Source: Raillietiella orientalis
Lineage: Eukaryota
Direction: 5' to 3'
NCBI GenBank assembly: GCA_036172245.1
Contig: JAYWIR010000025.1
Span: 2,852,001 to 2,916,000 of the forward strand
DNA length: 64,000 nt
Shown here: positions 10,961-24,107 of the stretch, in pieces
Layout: the number at the start of each line of letters is the position of its first letter
Numbering within the stretch: position 1 is the stretch's first letter
Made by a program: the position numbers and the translations under genes
The notes under the pieces: generated by a model
Told to the model about the DNA's origin: nothing
Database searches by the model: none
Seen by the model: only the letters and a program-made list of their open reading frames with translations

Positions 10961-13429
10961 TGAATGTCTTGCAGGAATTCTGCTGTTTTATTTATCTACT
11001 TATCAGGAAGGAAAAATCGATTTTTTTTCACTTTATTAGAGATAAGATAGGAAAAAAATCCAAGAGTTCTGCAGCTATGCGAAGATTTCGACTTTTTTTC
11101 TTTTTTCTCTTCTTTTTTTTACCGCCTGTCGCAGATTTTTGGGCAGTTGGACAACGCCTTTCCCTACCCGGGTCTCCCCAGAAGACGTCGACGCGCTGCC
11201 GTCTCGAGAGTCTCTTATCCTGCGTGCGTTTTCTTTTTTGTGTGTTTCTCTTCGGTTTTTGTTTTCTCGCCTTTCCGCAGAGCGGTGCTGCCAAAGTTCT
11301 GAAGCCAGCTACTGCTGCTGCTGCTGCTGCTCGCGAAAAGGGGAAGCCCTATCCGCGCTTGCTTGCTTGCCTGCAGCCCGACGGATCGCTCGCTCAGGAA
11401 GACGCGAAGTGGCTTTAGCCTCGCGGAGGGGAGCGACATCATCGTTGCTGCTGCCTCCCGCCTGATGCTGTCAAATTCTGGATCTTTGCTTTTTGCAACG
11501 AGCTTCCTCCTCGTTTGAAGTTATCGCAAGCGTCAGTCTCAACCACCCCCATCATCGCCGCCGCCTTCTCCTTCCTTGCACTCAGGCAACTGGCACTGTA
11601 GGGGAGCGGCAAATCAGGGATTTGCCCTCCGGGATGAGGGGGGGACTGCTTCACGGGACTTCCCCTTTCAGCTCTCGGGTTCGAACGGGAAACAGAACAA
11701 CGCACGCGAAGCGGTGGTGGCGATCTACTCAAGGTCAAGGTCGTTTTGCGGTCCCAGCATCCTGCAGAAGCCCACGGGAGACGAACGTTGGTGAACGAAA
11801 GGTCCGGGTCCGCAGGAAGAGGAACCGACCTACCCCCCTCCTTCCCCTTGTGCCTACGCACCTGGCCTGGCCACGAGGCAGGCAGCGCAAAACGGCAACA
11901 GGAGAGAAGGTCACCTGGAAGGAAGACGCAGGATGCTCGCATCTGCAGAGAGATCCGCTCCGGCGAAACGTGCGCTTCCTTTCCCGGTGGGGCAACTTTC
12001 CTTCCTAAGGAACGGCTACCCACTCGGGCGGGGAGAGAGGCAGTGGGACTCCGCACCCTATGGCTTCGGGCTGCCCGGAAAATCCGACCTTTTTTTCCGG
12101 CGGAGGACACGGGGAGTAGCGAATGACGCAACCAGCTGGCGCGAATGCAACGCGATGCGTGAGTCTGCGCATGGACGCGGGCAGCATTGCCCACTGGGAA
12201 ATGCCGCAGGTTACTCGCTGACGCATCCCGGTGTCTCTCGCCTTCCTGATCAACAGATCGGGAAAGGAGGGGGGGACTTTCCGGTGGAACGAGCAGAACT
12301 GCAGCGACTCTTCCGGAACGAACGCCTCTGGTCAGACCGCGACTCCATGGTGTTCCCCTCGCCTTCCACTCTGCCACCCGAAAAGGAAAAAGAAGAAGCG
12401 CGTGGTGTTTCTTCTGCTGTTACGCACAGGGTGCTTTCAGTTGCTGCCTCCTCACTGACCTGTGTGAGGGTCAGCGAGGAAAAGTAGGAGCTTTTCACTC
12501 CACTTTTCTCGCCATCGCGCGGCGGCGCCATGTGACGAAGATCGATCAGCATCCCATCCGCGTACCTTTCGCGAATTTGCTGCGTTGCGTAACGCACCGC
12601 AGCCCGTGCAGGGTCCACTCTGTTTCAACAACTCTGTTTCATCTTCATTATCACTGAGGTGTCGGCGCAGCGCAGGCCTTTCCTTCGATCTCCCCACCCA
12701 TTTGAGAGAGTAACTCCACCTCTTTCGCAGAACATAGCTCCCTTTCTTCGAGCGTTTTTTCCGGTTCGCTTCCCCGTCGGGAAGACCGGAAGACCGGTTT
12801 CGGTTCCCCGGGCAAAATCTTTACGGACGCTGTTGCACCGTTGACGCGTTGGTAAGGATGGAGCAGCATAACAAGATGGGTTATCAGCACGGGTGGGATG
12901 ATTTCTGGGTCACCTTCAGACCACCCTCGGCCTCCACGCATCCACGCTTTCCGATGATTTCATGAGGTCTTCCAAGGCTGCATGGAAAAGACGGCGGACT
13001 CTGTGCAGGTACCGACACTCCCCAACAAACAGCTCCTGACCTGGCTGAGCTGATGAACCTATCTGCTAGTCAGCGTGACGTGGATTCCAGCAGCACCATT
13101 CACCGGATTGAATGGCACTTCCTCTCCGTTCTTACGCCTCTTCTTCGTCGCCTCTGATTTCGTCTCCTCTCGCTGAATCTCCTCGAGATTCTCGTGCTTC
13201 GCTTGCAGGATCCGTTCGTTGATCAGATGACTCTTTCGGGCCTTCCAAGAGATGCCCAAAGTTCCGGCCCGGCTTCCTGGAAAGAAGGTGGAGACCAATA
13301 TGAAGCGCACACCACGTGCTCACTCGTCTCCCTGGAGATTTCGAGCCGTTCCGTCTCTAGCGTCAAGGAATCGAGTACGTCTGAGCGATTCGATTTTTCT
13401 TTAGAGATCAGGTAACCACCCGCGCCCAC

Positions 13430-13867
13430 TGGACATCCCTTCAGGTTTCCCGCGACTCGACCTGCCACAGAAGCACCGCTGCCACATTTCCCGCTTTCGC
13501 CGGAATCACCTGAAACGCCGCGTCCAACGGCATCGCCTTCTTTCTCTGAATGGCCACTTTTTCGCCGCCGAGGCAAACGCAGTTCGGAGCCCTTCCCAGT
13601 GGGTTCGCTCTTGGTTCCAGGATTTCGCTCCCGTGAGGACAGGCAAGAGCGACGCTTCCCCCTTCCATAGTCGTGGAAATCACTGACACGCGAGAAGTGC
13701 TCGACGATTTGGAGCACTTGTGGCCTGAGGTCCGGTAAAGACAAGTGTTTCAAGACAAGACCCCAAGAACCACGTGTTCTCCACCTGTAAACATTTTTAA
13801 GACTTTATTATAAAAAAAATTTTGTAAAATTTTAATAATAAATGCCCTGGCATATCCGGGTGAAAAA
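13430..13867 (+). mobile_element. LINE 3' end with poly(A) signal plus terminal hairpin variant
   Basis: An AT-rich tract is followed by aataaatgccctggcatatccgggtgaaaaa (13837-13867), homologous to the terminal motif at 1759-1788. The 5' boundary is approximate. Confidence 0.5.
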
Positions 13868-13869
13868 CC

Positions 13870-15200
13870 TGTGACGCCAGGAGCTCAACGCGCACGCACC
13901 AAGCCAAATGAGCTTGGAGCGCGCTTCGAAAGGAGCCCTCTACAGCAAAACGAGCCCATAAAAATCCGGGGAGCTCCACACTGTTGACTGCAGCCTTTAA
14001 GGACTTGGTCAAAAAGGAGAAGGGACGAATGGCCATACGCCGCTCACAGAGGCTACTCGTTGCTAAACTCGAGAGGCCTGATGACTGCGCTGCTAGGTCG
14101 AGCAGGAGAATGGTTATCAATCGACTGACCTGGAAAAGGAAAGAGGCACTGATGCGAAATCACCAAATCAAGATCGTGCCTAAAAGTAAGGAACTCTGGA
14201 AGGAGTATTCCATCCTGGGGATCCCATGGCAGCTCCCAGCCCCAAGCGACACGAGGAGTTGGATCTACCAGCGGCCCAGAGTTACCTGCAGAAGAACCGA
14301 AAGCTGGAAACAGGGAGGATGCCAACATATCCCTTGAATCCTGAAATACATTGAGATGGTATCAGGAAGACTCACCCACCGGACCCACGAAATGTGGAAA
14401 AACCACAACTACGCATGGTCCAGGATGAGCAAGAAGAACCCACACCGTCTACTACCCGAAGCCGACAGAGACACCTATGCCCTTGAAGAAGCTGCCAATC
14501 GCTACGAGAGTGCCAGGGTCAACCTGTGAGCGATTGGAACGACGCTCTTGAGGTGTGATTTACCGCCAGACTCACAGGATAACCTCATGTTTTACCACGG
14601 AGGAATCCTGAGCGGGTCGAGGATGAAACACTCCACGGGGAAAGGAGAGGATGAGGACTGCAGAGCATGTGGAGACGTGGACACAAGAATTTATGTCCTG
14701 ACCTGTCCCACGATGCACCAAGATTGGCAAACCCTGAAAATGGCAAATCCATAGGGCTGCCCAACTTCTCATTGATGGGAATCTTAGTAGGGTTCCAAGG
14801 AAACGGCAACGTTCCCTGCTATAATCCTATGGTTAGGATTACCATCGCCCTCTTCATCCCCACCATCCTCATACGGTGGTGGAAGATGAAGATCGCCAGA
14901 ATAGCCGTATCTCCCATGGAAATCCTGAAAGGGATTATCCAAAAGGAGATCGGCGTAAGAAACTGTGGAAGAGTGCCGGCCTGGACGTACCGACACATCC
15001 TGGAGGGGATTAAGGACACCACCCAGGCACACTCACCACCCAGTTCCCCCTAATTGCAGAACCCCATTGATACGACCCCAAAGAAGCAGACTTTAAAGTG
15101 CTGTCAGTGGTGTGTATGATAAACTCGAATGAATGAGATTGTAGTATGAATGATAAGAAAAAGATAAATTTACCCCACTCCCTGTGGGATTGGGGAAAGT
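13870..15200 (+). mobile_element. 3' fragment of another decayed non-LTR retrotransposon (zf-RVT-like)
   Basis: LMFYHGGILSGSRMKH..DCRACGDVDTRIYVLTCPTMHQDW is a C-x2-C..C..W zinc-finger remnant. The fragment ends in a hairpin, ccccactccc-tgt-gggattgggg (~15173-15195). Confidence 0.55.
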
Positions 15201-18200
15201 CAAAAAGGAGAAGGAAAGCAAGACGTTCTCAGGGGCAGTAGGTCCAGAAGGATCCCCTGACGCTGCATATGTCGCTCGAAAAGTGCCTCAGGAGGAGATT
15301 GGATGAGATCTGTGTTCGCAGCGTTCCTGCTTCTTCGTTTCCGTCCTCTTACCTTGGAACTGCCCACTTCTTCGTCTTAGTTGACGATTTTCAGATGGGA
15401 AACAGAAGCTCCTCCAAACGCAGTTAACTTCCGGACATCCGGTTTCACGGACTCCGTGATTCTTATCGAAGCACAGAGTGCAGATGGTTGCGGCAGAAAT
15501 GCAGGAAGCCAGGAACCAGCTGAAACAAGGAAGGGACTCGAATGCAAACAAGAAGAGCCACAGGGCGGCATCCTTCGACGACGGCAGCAAATGCCCTTGA
15601 AGATTTACTGCTCTTTTTGGGAAAGCGAGCAGCAACAGCAACGGAGACTGCAACCGTTAGAGAGGCAGACTTTGCCAGTCAGCCTCTCTAGAATCGCACG
15701 CTTCGTCCCGGGGACTAGCCAGGAAAGCGCAATTGGATCCGTGGCGCATCCCCACAGCAGCAGTCAACCGGATTGCCAACTTAGCAGAGGGAGTACTCAG
15801 CAACGGGGCGATCCTGGCGGTGTTCACCAGAAAGAGCTCCGCGCCTGACTTGCTGCTTGAATCCCCGGACTTTGCTTCCTCCCTCGCAGGGTCCTTGCGA
15901 AACGACATGCAAGTTCGCCGCGGATCAAAGAAGGAAAAGAACTGAAATAGGCCGACGTCGCGAGCGACCTTGGATTCGCGAAGGCGGACGCGTATCCTCG
16001 GTCCCCACCACGAACACCTCGACCCGCAGGAACCCTTCGACCATGCTGCCACGCACACCCCATGCAAACGAGGTGGCCTTCAGAAGCCGTCGCGAACCGA
16101 TCGCGAAGAGAAGGACGGAAGACTGTCGCTTCCTCAAGCCGAAAAAAGAAAGATCCTTAGCCAAGCGAAGGCACTTTCCGGAGGTCCTTTCGGATGGTCT
16201 TCTCGAGTTCCATTTTTTATGAGGAGGAACTTGGACCTTGCATCTCCCGGTGCCGTTGGGATCCACCGGCAAGTTTCATTTTGCTACGGGCCTTATTTCT
16301 TCCAGCAGAGTGTATCAGGGAACAGAATGCCGCTGGCGCTTCGGTCGACACTCCGTATTATCCGAAATCAGCTGGCTCCGCCCATACCGCGAGGCACCGG
16401 GAAGCCTGGGAGAGACGGCGAAGAAACCTTGGAAACTTAGCTTCTACGTGGTCTACTCCCCTGAGGGAGTAGTCCTGGGTCGATATCGCCTCCGACCCCC
16501 TTGCTCACGCCCATGTTCGAGGGCCACCTTAGGCACGGATCCTCGGGCGGAAGTCGCCCTCCTTCCGACCGCCCAGCCATCTGCTGGTTTTCAGGCAGGA
16601 ACTTTGCCCGAGGTAGCTGCAGCTCTGGATGCGAGCGGAGGCGCACAAGCAGGATGCCCGGTGGGGGTTCCGGAAACATAGAAGACCTCGATGAGCGCGG
16701 CTCTCGGCTAACACCACAGACCTTGTGGCGCTATTCCCGCTACGACGACGAAGGATCCAGCCGCAAGGAAGGGGGAGGGGCGGAACTTAGCGCACCTCGC
16801 TCGGGTAGGGGGAGCCGTGCAACTAGGGCGAGCTGTCACTCGCGAGGCGCGAGAATTTTGGGTCTGCTTCTCTCCAGGTCCGAAATTATCCAGAGTGTCC
16901 GCTGGCTTCCGTAGCACCCATGCAGTCAGAAAAATACTGACAACCTCTGCGCCGCTGCGGTTGATCTCCGGCCTCATCCGCATCCTGACGTGCATCCGGC
17001 AACGCTTATCCTCCGAGAAGAACAAAGGAGACCACTGCTCTTCCCTTTCGAGACGTTCGTCAGGCTTGGTTCCTCCTTTGGGTGCTCCCTCCGGCATCTG
17101 GAGGGAATGCTCCTCTAGAAGTTCTCACGACCTATCTTCCTCCACGGCTGCATTTTCCAGCTGACTGTCGTCGTCTGTACTGGTCCTCCCTGCCGCCTGC
17201 TGCCCCTAGCATCGCTGCGTTCGAAGGCCCTGCCCGGGACTTGTTGTACCGAGGAATAGGGATGGTCTGACCTTTGGATGCAGATGGACGTGCAAAGGGA
17301 TCCGAAGAGATCCGTCAGAACGGACGTGACCAGGAGAACGGAGGGGACGTTTGTGTAATCTTCCGTTGATTATGGCCCCGATGAAAATAAGATTCCCAGT
17401 CCCCCTCAAAAAGTTCCCACCCACTCCCTTCCCCCTCTTTTGGCAACACGAAAACCATCCTACACTCTACAGAAAATCACAGGATGCATTTCGAGGTCGC
17501 TGATGTCAGTGCCCATAGTGCAACGTGCACGCGGATACCCCCACTGGACACAGTACGGGAGCACTGCGGCGATAAATTGACCGGCACCCTTGCGCAGACT
17601 AAGGGAAGGGGGAGAAGATCCCTTTGCCAGAGGTTCTCCTCCGTGGAGAACGCTGGAGTTGTTCGCAGTCTCTAATCGTGGGTTGCGAGATGGAACAGAA
17701 CCCCCGCCGTGTCTGACGCGACCTTCATGCGAAGTGCATCTCAAAGGCGCACCTCATGCTCTCCGAAGATCTTCCACTTAGAAGGTCATCGCTGCAGGCG
17801 CTCTTCGGGGTCGAAGTCGCCCCTCCGGAGCACACCTGCCACGAGAGACTAGGAAAGTACGGATTGCTGCGCCCAGTGGGGTCTTCCGTTGCGGCCTCAA
17901 GACGCCCACAAGACGGAACCAGAAGACAGCAACACAAAAGAGTTCTTCTAGCAGCTTCCTTTGCTTGACGCGCGGCAGACCGCAGGAAAAGCGTTGGTTC
18001 CCTGAAATCCAAGAAGGAAAAGACGTGTGATTCACTGGACCCCCTTGACCCTCACCTACGAGTGCTTTCCTTTTAAGGTAACTGCCTAAGACCATTACGC
18101 GAACTTCGACACCTGACCACATCCGCCCCAGCGACTCTGCGTGACCGCTGGACTGTGGTGAGTTGACTTTATTAGTTCATCTTGGATCCAGCAAGACACC

Positions 18201-19249
18201 GATCCTCCGTGGACAAAATCGTGATTGACCTTCGACCTTCGGTGGTCCCCATTAGGAAAGTCGCTGATAAAGAGGGATGGGGAAAACCCCTTCTCTGTCA
18301 CTTGGCTGTCCGCCTCGGGGGTGGCAGCGTAAGAATTTACACCATGAGACTCCACATGGTTTCTGGATCTCGTCCAGAAGCACCGATGGAAATCTCCTAC
18401 GAAGCGGAGCAACAGTTCTTTGTGTCCACCGGGTGAGCTTTCAGACAAAATTAGAGCCGTTTCGTCGGCCCCAGAGTCGCCCTCTGAGTGCTTCGTCCCA
18501 CGTAGATGCTGAAGTACGACCTTCCGAGATCTCCCAAGATGAACTATGCGGAGACACTAATTCCGGAGGAATGCGGAAGAAAGGCATTGCATTTTGAATC
18601 CTCCTTTAGCACCCTCGACACCCGTAACTAAAAGGTTCTCACTGCCGTGTCCGTCAGTTTTTTTTTCCTCCTTCTTCGGGAACGGAAGGAGTGAGAAAAC
18701 TCTTTTATTTAGGTCACGCAGAACTCAAATCGGTGTCATGAGCGATAATGCATTCACGATGCTGCTTTGACGGACCGCTCACTGTCTGCCAGCACGCGTG
18801 CTTCCGCTTGCATGCTCTTCAGGAGATATAACCGCGTCTCTCGGAGAGTGATGTTGCTCTTTGCGGGTCCTCCGGCTGCCTGGAGTCGTTCTCCAGATAC
18901 ATGCTCTGATGATCAAGAGGGAGAAGGCGGTTCATATGGCGCGGACGTGATCACTGTCGCGTCTTGGATTCGCGGCTAGAACCGAAGGTGGTTCCAAGGC
19001 TGCTTGGTGATGCCTCTTCGTGATGACCTCGACGGCTTTGCCATCTCGCCTACTTCTGCTGGAAGACGAAGTTCCCAGAAATAGGACTTGTTTTTGAAGG
19101 CGCGTGCGGCGTTCCGCAGGGTTCTACAGAAATTAGCAATGCGGTCAGCAACAAATCCCATGGTTTCCACTTCGAAAGGAGTCGGGGTTGCTGCAGTCCC
19201 TCACTTCTTTTTTAGCTTCAGGGACCAGTAAGCTCGCGGTCGAGTTACT

Positions 19250-19720
19250 ATAGATCGCGCACAGGGTGCTCGCACTCAAACCAGCAAAGAGTGCAGCCTG
19301 CATTTCCAAGGAACCGCCCGATCCTTTGGCGGCCTGGCTGCAAAAGAGCTATTGGAGGAACTCGACAAGGCTCGAGGAGAGAGGTTCCGGAAAGGCCCTC
19401 AATACGAGATGAAGTCGGGAGGACAGTGCTTGACGAAAGCAACTCATCGTTCTTCCTCGTTCAAGTGAGCGCTTTGTCGGACCAATTCACCGTTCCCTCA
19501 GCAACGGGTAGCTTCGCCGTTGCCCTTGCGCCTGTTTTCTCGAGTTGCGTCGTTGCTCGGGTCGTTCGGAAGTTGCCCCATCCAGTGCGTCCAGATGTCC
19601 AGACCGTGTCGTATGATGGATGACACTATCATCCCAGATCTATCTCTACTCGAAGGGAGAAGAATGATCATCTTGGACGTCGCCTGCCCTTTACAGAGTA
19701 CACCTAGAAGCGTTCACAGG
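19250..19720 (+). mobile_element. Remnant of an RLE-type (R2/NeSL-like) retrotransposon endonuclease
   Basis: IIPDLSLLEGRRMIILDVACPLQ matches the PD-x(n)-D motif context (PDLVL..IILDVTxPFE) of restriction-like endonucleases. Confidence 0.5.
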
Positions 19721-20659
19721 GGATCGAAAAAAGATCTCACTGACTCCATGACAACGAAGGATGTTCCAGTAACCGTCTGAACCTTTATAGTTGACTCTCT
19801 GGGATACTGAGATCGCAAAAGTGAAAATGGGCTAGGGATCTCACGGCTGCATCCAATAGAATGAGGAGTTCAACGGTTACCTCGAACATCCAATATGGCC
19901 GCGACATCCACTGGACCCACAGATTGAAGGTAACGAACAGAGCAGCGACGAGTTCATACCAGTTCATGCGGATGTGGACGAAGTTTCTTCGGATGCAATC
20001 TCATTCCATCCCATGCGTGGAGCAAAAGGAGATACAAATAGGGTGAGGATAGAATCCTTCCGTTCTCTCGATAAACAGAGCCGGCTCTCAAACGGGTCGA
20101 GAACGTCCAGCTCTGGAGGGACAGCTCCTTCTTTGGGACGGCACTGACCCCCCCCCCCTCCCCTTCCGAAACTCGTTCTCGGCTTGGGTTGTCGAGAACG
20201 AAAGGAATAGAGCGCGATGCCCGCAGTTTCCCGCTTGTTCCCCTGCTTTGAGCAACTGCCGGAACGGGAATCCCTTCCGGCCGAGCATCTGTTGCTTCAC
20301 TCTGCCTGCGCGGGGTGACCTCAAGATGGGGAGCGCATCCCACACTGTTCATAGCTTACTACCGTTCCGTTCGCTCTTGGCCCTCAATTGAGGGGTGATT
20401 CCGGTTTCATCTTGGATGTGGAAGGCAGGGGTAAGTACCTCCACTGTAAAGTAGGGAGTGGAACGCGAAGGAAGGTCGTCCGTTGACGATACCCGACCTC
20501 GAGAACAAGCAAGTCTTCTTTTCCTCTTCTCCCTTCTCTTCTTTTTTTAGACAAATATGGACCCAAATATACTCGGCTCAGAACCTACCGCCTTAGCACG
20601 CATCGACTCATCATTTTTTTTTCTTTTTCTTTAAAGGCCAATAGCGAGCTCACGGAGGG

Positions 20660-21297
20660 ATGATAGTGGCCTGTTTGTCTAGGATGATGGATATCCTTCG
20701 GGGGTTCTCCTGTTTTCTCTGCTTTCCTTCCAGCTTTTTTGTTTTTTCTCGTTTCCGTTTTTTGATTCGCTAAGTAATCAGAACCGGAAAAGGAAATCGG
20801 AAAGGATCCGCTTCAGGATTTCTTTTCCGGAGGGAACCCACAAGAGAACCTCTCCCTATTTTCTCCTCCTTCGAAGAGAACCCCGAAGGAACGCTTCCGA
20901 TTTCTCTCTGAAGAGAGATTCCCCGAAGGGAACAGAGCGCTTCTGGACACTCTGGAGAAACGACCCCACTACTGGAGACCTACACCGAGGGGGGTATCAA
21001 CCAGCTCCATTGTCACAACCTGAGAGTAACCTCGAAGGGACCGGCCCCTTGATTCCTGGAAGGATTCCGGACAGTCAACTTCTAATCCCGGCCAGTCGAC
21101 GGGGGCATCTGGGAGTTTCCGGCTTACGCCAGCGCCATCCCCGAAGGTCAACCAGAGTTCCACGGAAGAAGGGAAGGGGACTCGAAATCCACGATGCACT
21201 CATTTCTCGAGGTCGATCCTTTCTCGGGTGGGATTCGAACCCACAAAGCTTGGTACCACGAGCGGAGCTGTGGGCAGCCTCATAGCCGCCAACGAAG
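20660..21297 (-). mobile_element. tRNA-derived SINE-like element with internal hairpin array, copy A
   Basis: B-box GGTTCGAATCC (21241-21231 on minus), a conserved downstream block gtgcatcgtggatttcgagtc, and repeated hairpins (cccttcgggg, ccttcgggg) with GAGAA-rich linkers. Homologous to the 34.2 kb and 52.4 kb copies. Confidence 0.75.
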
Positions 21298-22485
21298 CAA
21301 TTTTTCCGGGACAAGCAAGTTTCTCGGAAATCTCGGAGGATCGATGTCTTAGGGCTTTTGTTTTCAGGACATGACTGCCGATGCCTTCGGCTCGCCACGT
21401 GCGTCACATCCCCAGGGCTTTGGCGCAGCACCTGGGGTGGGCTCCTGGTGCAGATGAAAGCCACGAAGAACGCGAGAGCTCGCATTGTGACTTCCGTGAA
21501 CGCCTTATGACTCCGGAGGAGCGGAAGCAGGACGGATCGAATCGACACGTCCTGTGCAAGTAGGAGGGCTGCATACCTGCGAGCATCCTGCCTCCTCCAC
21601 CAGCAGTGTTTTTGAAACTCAACACCTGCTCAGCTCTTCTCAGGATGGGAAGACCGAGTCTAAAAATCAAGTCGTCAACGCACCCTGGATGAAAAAGAAA
21701 GGTCATTCGTATTTCCCTCAGTTCTTGGAGTGTCAGCTGAAGAGCAGCCTCCGACTCTGCGTTGTCCGGCAACTCGTGAAATGCATGCGCGTCCACCATG
21801 GAGGATCCGGATTTGTAGGACGTGCGATGAGCTGATCGTCACCACAAGTTACCACGTGGCACCAGGCGAATCTGAGCTCCCAAAGTTCGAATAGCTCCAG
21901 GCCCAGTCACGTGATCACGGGAGCATGCACGCCCTCTACGCGCTTCCCGAACACCCCAGAAAGTCGGCGCGACTTTCGACTTCACTGGATGAGTGGCGCG
22001 AACGGAGGGACTCCTGGGTTCTGGGTTACCCATTCAGATCATTCTCTTTTGGAACATCCATCCACAGGTTGCTTCCGCGGAATCTTTGCTGTGTTTCTGC
22101 AAAGCGAATCGCTTAGTAACGTCCAGCCGCGCTTGCGCTTCATCTCGACCCGTCACAGCGACGCAGAGCTGCCCATCCTGGCTAGAATGACCCTGAATGA
22201 CTCCCCAGAACATGGCTCGGCTCCACTCTCTAAATTGGAACCCTCCATGCATCCCTCCGCGCTTTCTGTCTGGATGTGTGGGTTCGACAAACCGCAGTGC
22301 CTCACTTTCCTGTTCGACAATCCTGGTGTCTGGAAACGCTCCCCTCGTGTCCCTCTTTTTTCAAGAATTCCTCGTGGTATCCCCTCGGGTGTGATCGAGG
22401 TGTCGTCACGCGTTCCACTGGCGATGCGTGGCATCGAAACAGCACGCTCTCCTCTTCCCACGGGGGCGCTCGGCCGTCTTCGCCA

Positions 22486-22669
22486 TGCACGGATGCTCGG
22501 CCTTTGAACGGCGGTTCTAAAGGAACGCGTTGCGTTTATCCATCCGCTCTGGCGCTGGTCGCGACTCCATTGCAGCAGGGCAACCGAGAGAGAGAACGCG
22601 CTCTTCGGAGCTCACCACAAAGGGGAACCACTCCGCTACAATCCTGCGTGATTTCTGGAACCTGCGGAT
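22486..22669 (+). repeat. Left arm of a ~185-bp imperfect inverted repeat
   Basis: Aligns with the reverse complement of 23921-24107 (tgcacggatgctcggc...gtgatttctgg..ctgcggat), roughly 80% identical by eye. Confidence 0.85.
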
Positions 22670-23920
22670 CGTTAGGGAGGCTTTGGTTCACAAAAACATC
22701 CCGGTCCTAAGCCACAGTCTGGTTCTCTTCCCTTCCGTCCGGCTCGGACGCCTTCCTGCTCGCTGGAGGTCCAACACTCTCCGTCGAACCCTTCTTTGCA
22801 CCCCAACACATCTCGACGAAGGACGCATCTCCTTCTCCGAGCCTCGGCTTGTTCGCAGATTCCTACGAGAACCTACAAACTGTCCGTTCTTCCCTCGCCG
22901 CCGAACTTTCTCCGGGAGTCTTGCCGGAGTTTGCGTGGTCGTTTCCTCCGCCGTACCAGCAGCGACTCCTCTCTGCTTCCTCCTCGCAGGGAACGTGAAA
23001 CCGCAAAGACCGAAGCCGAGACCGGAAGACCTCGGAGCAGCGAGGGCCCCCTCGGCTTTCGAAGCGACACCCAGGAGTGCGGAGTGGGCGGTTGTCCTGG
23101 CTGCGAGTCTGCGGGCCCTACTGAGATGCGCTCCTGCAAGCGGCAGCAGCCGTTTCAGAAATACGCAGGGACGATCCTCTCGCGAGGGCAACCTTCGGTG
23201 TCAGTGGGCGAGGTCAACCTGCTTCGCCGTGGCACCCGCCATTCACGGGTAGTGGATACTATTTTTCCGAACCGATTCCTTCCGAGTGTCTGCCATCTCC
23301 AGAAAGGCTGCGCTACTAGGAACAGAGAGGAAAGGAAGGGAGGGGAGATAAAAAAAAAAAGAAGGCGGACGCTACGAAAACAGTGCGTGAAGAGAACGAC
23401 CGAGGCATCATCCGAACGCCTGCCCCCTCCTCAGAGCCGAACGCGGTCCCGTCTTTCGCTTTCTCCGGAGTCCGCGCACCAAGAGACGTCAGCAAAAACG
23501 AGCGTTTAGCCGAGGTATTAGACCCAGGTAATTCACCTCTTGGTCAGCTGAATGCTTCATTCATGATTCCCCTGAGATTTATTTTTAGATCACCTCGAGC
23601 ATTTTTATGCAAATTTCGCTCATTCCGCTCGGAAAGAGAGTGCTGAAGAGAGAGTGCCGGACGTCACGGTAGGCGATGCTGTTCCGACCTCCTCCGTTCC
23701 CGTTCGAGGCGGGATGGGGTCGCGGAGCTTCCGAACGTCACTGCTCGAGCTTCGCGGAAGTTCCAGTTCGCGAGGCGGCGCGATGCCTTCAAGATGGCAA
23801 GATGCCTTGAGGCTTCCGCGAGCGCATAGACGGCTCCAGTGGTCTTCATCCCCAAGCGGAGGGGAACCTCGAGGTTTCCACCGGTGTCGAATCTCAAACT
23901 CGCGCCACAAGTCTCGAGAC

Positions 23921-24107
23921 ATCCGCAGCCTCCAGAAATCACGTAGGATCGCAGCAGGGTGATCCCTCTTTGCGGTGAGCTCCGAACAGCGTGTTCTCTC
24001 ACTCGGTTGCCCTGCTGCAACGGAGTCGCTGCCAGCGCCAGAGCGGGTGGAAAACGAAACGCGTTCCTTTCGCACCGGCGTTCAAAAGCCGAGCATCCAT
24101 CCGTGCA
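23921..24107 (-). repeat. Right arm of the ~185-bp imperfect inverted repeat
   Basis: See 22486-22669. Confidence 0.85.

Noticed and set aside
2560..12400. Many 150-350 aa Arg/Pro/Gly/Ser-rich ORFs on both strands (e.g. 8508-9581, 11439-12377; also 23959-24960)
   Set aside because: Expected from GC-rich, stop-poor decayed repeats. They overlap in several frames and show no intact domain.
21200..21297. GGTTCGAATCC motifs as tRNA genes (also at 34238 and 52469)
   Set aside because: No complete cloverleaf or anticodon arm could be folded; these are SINE heads.
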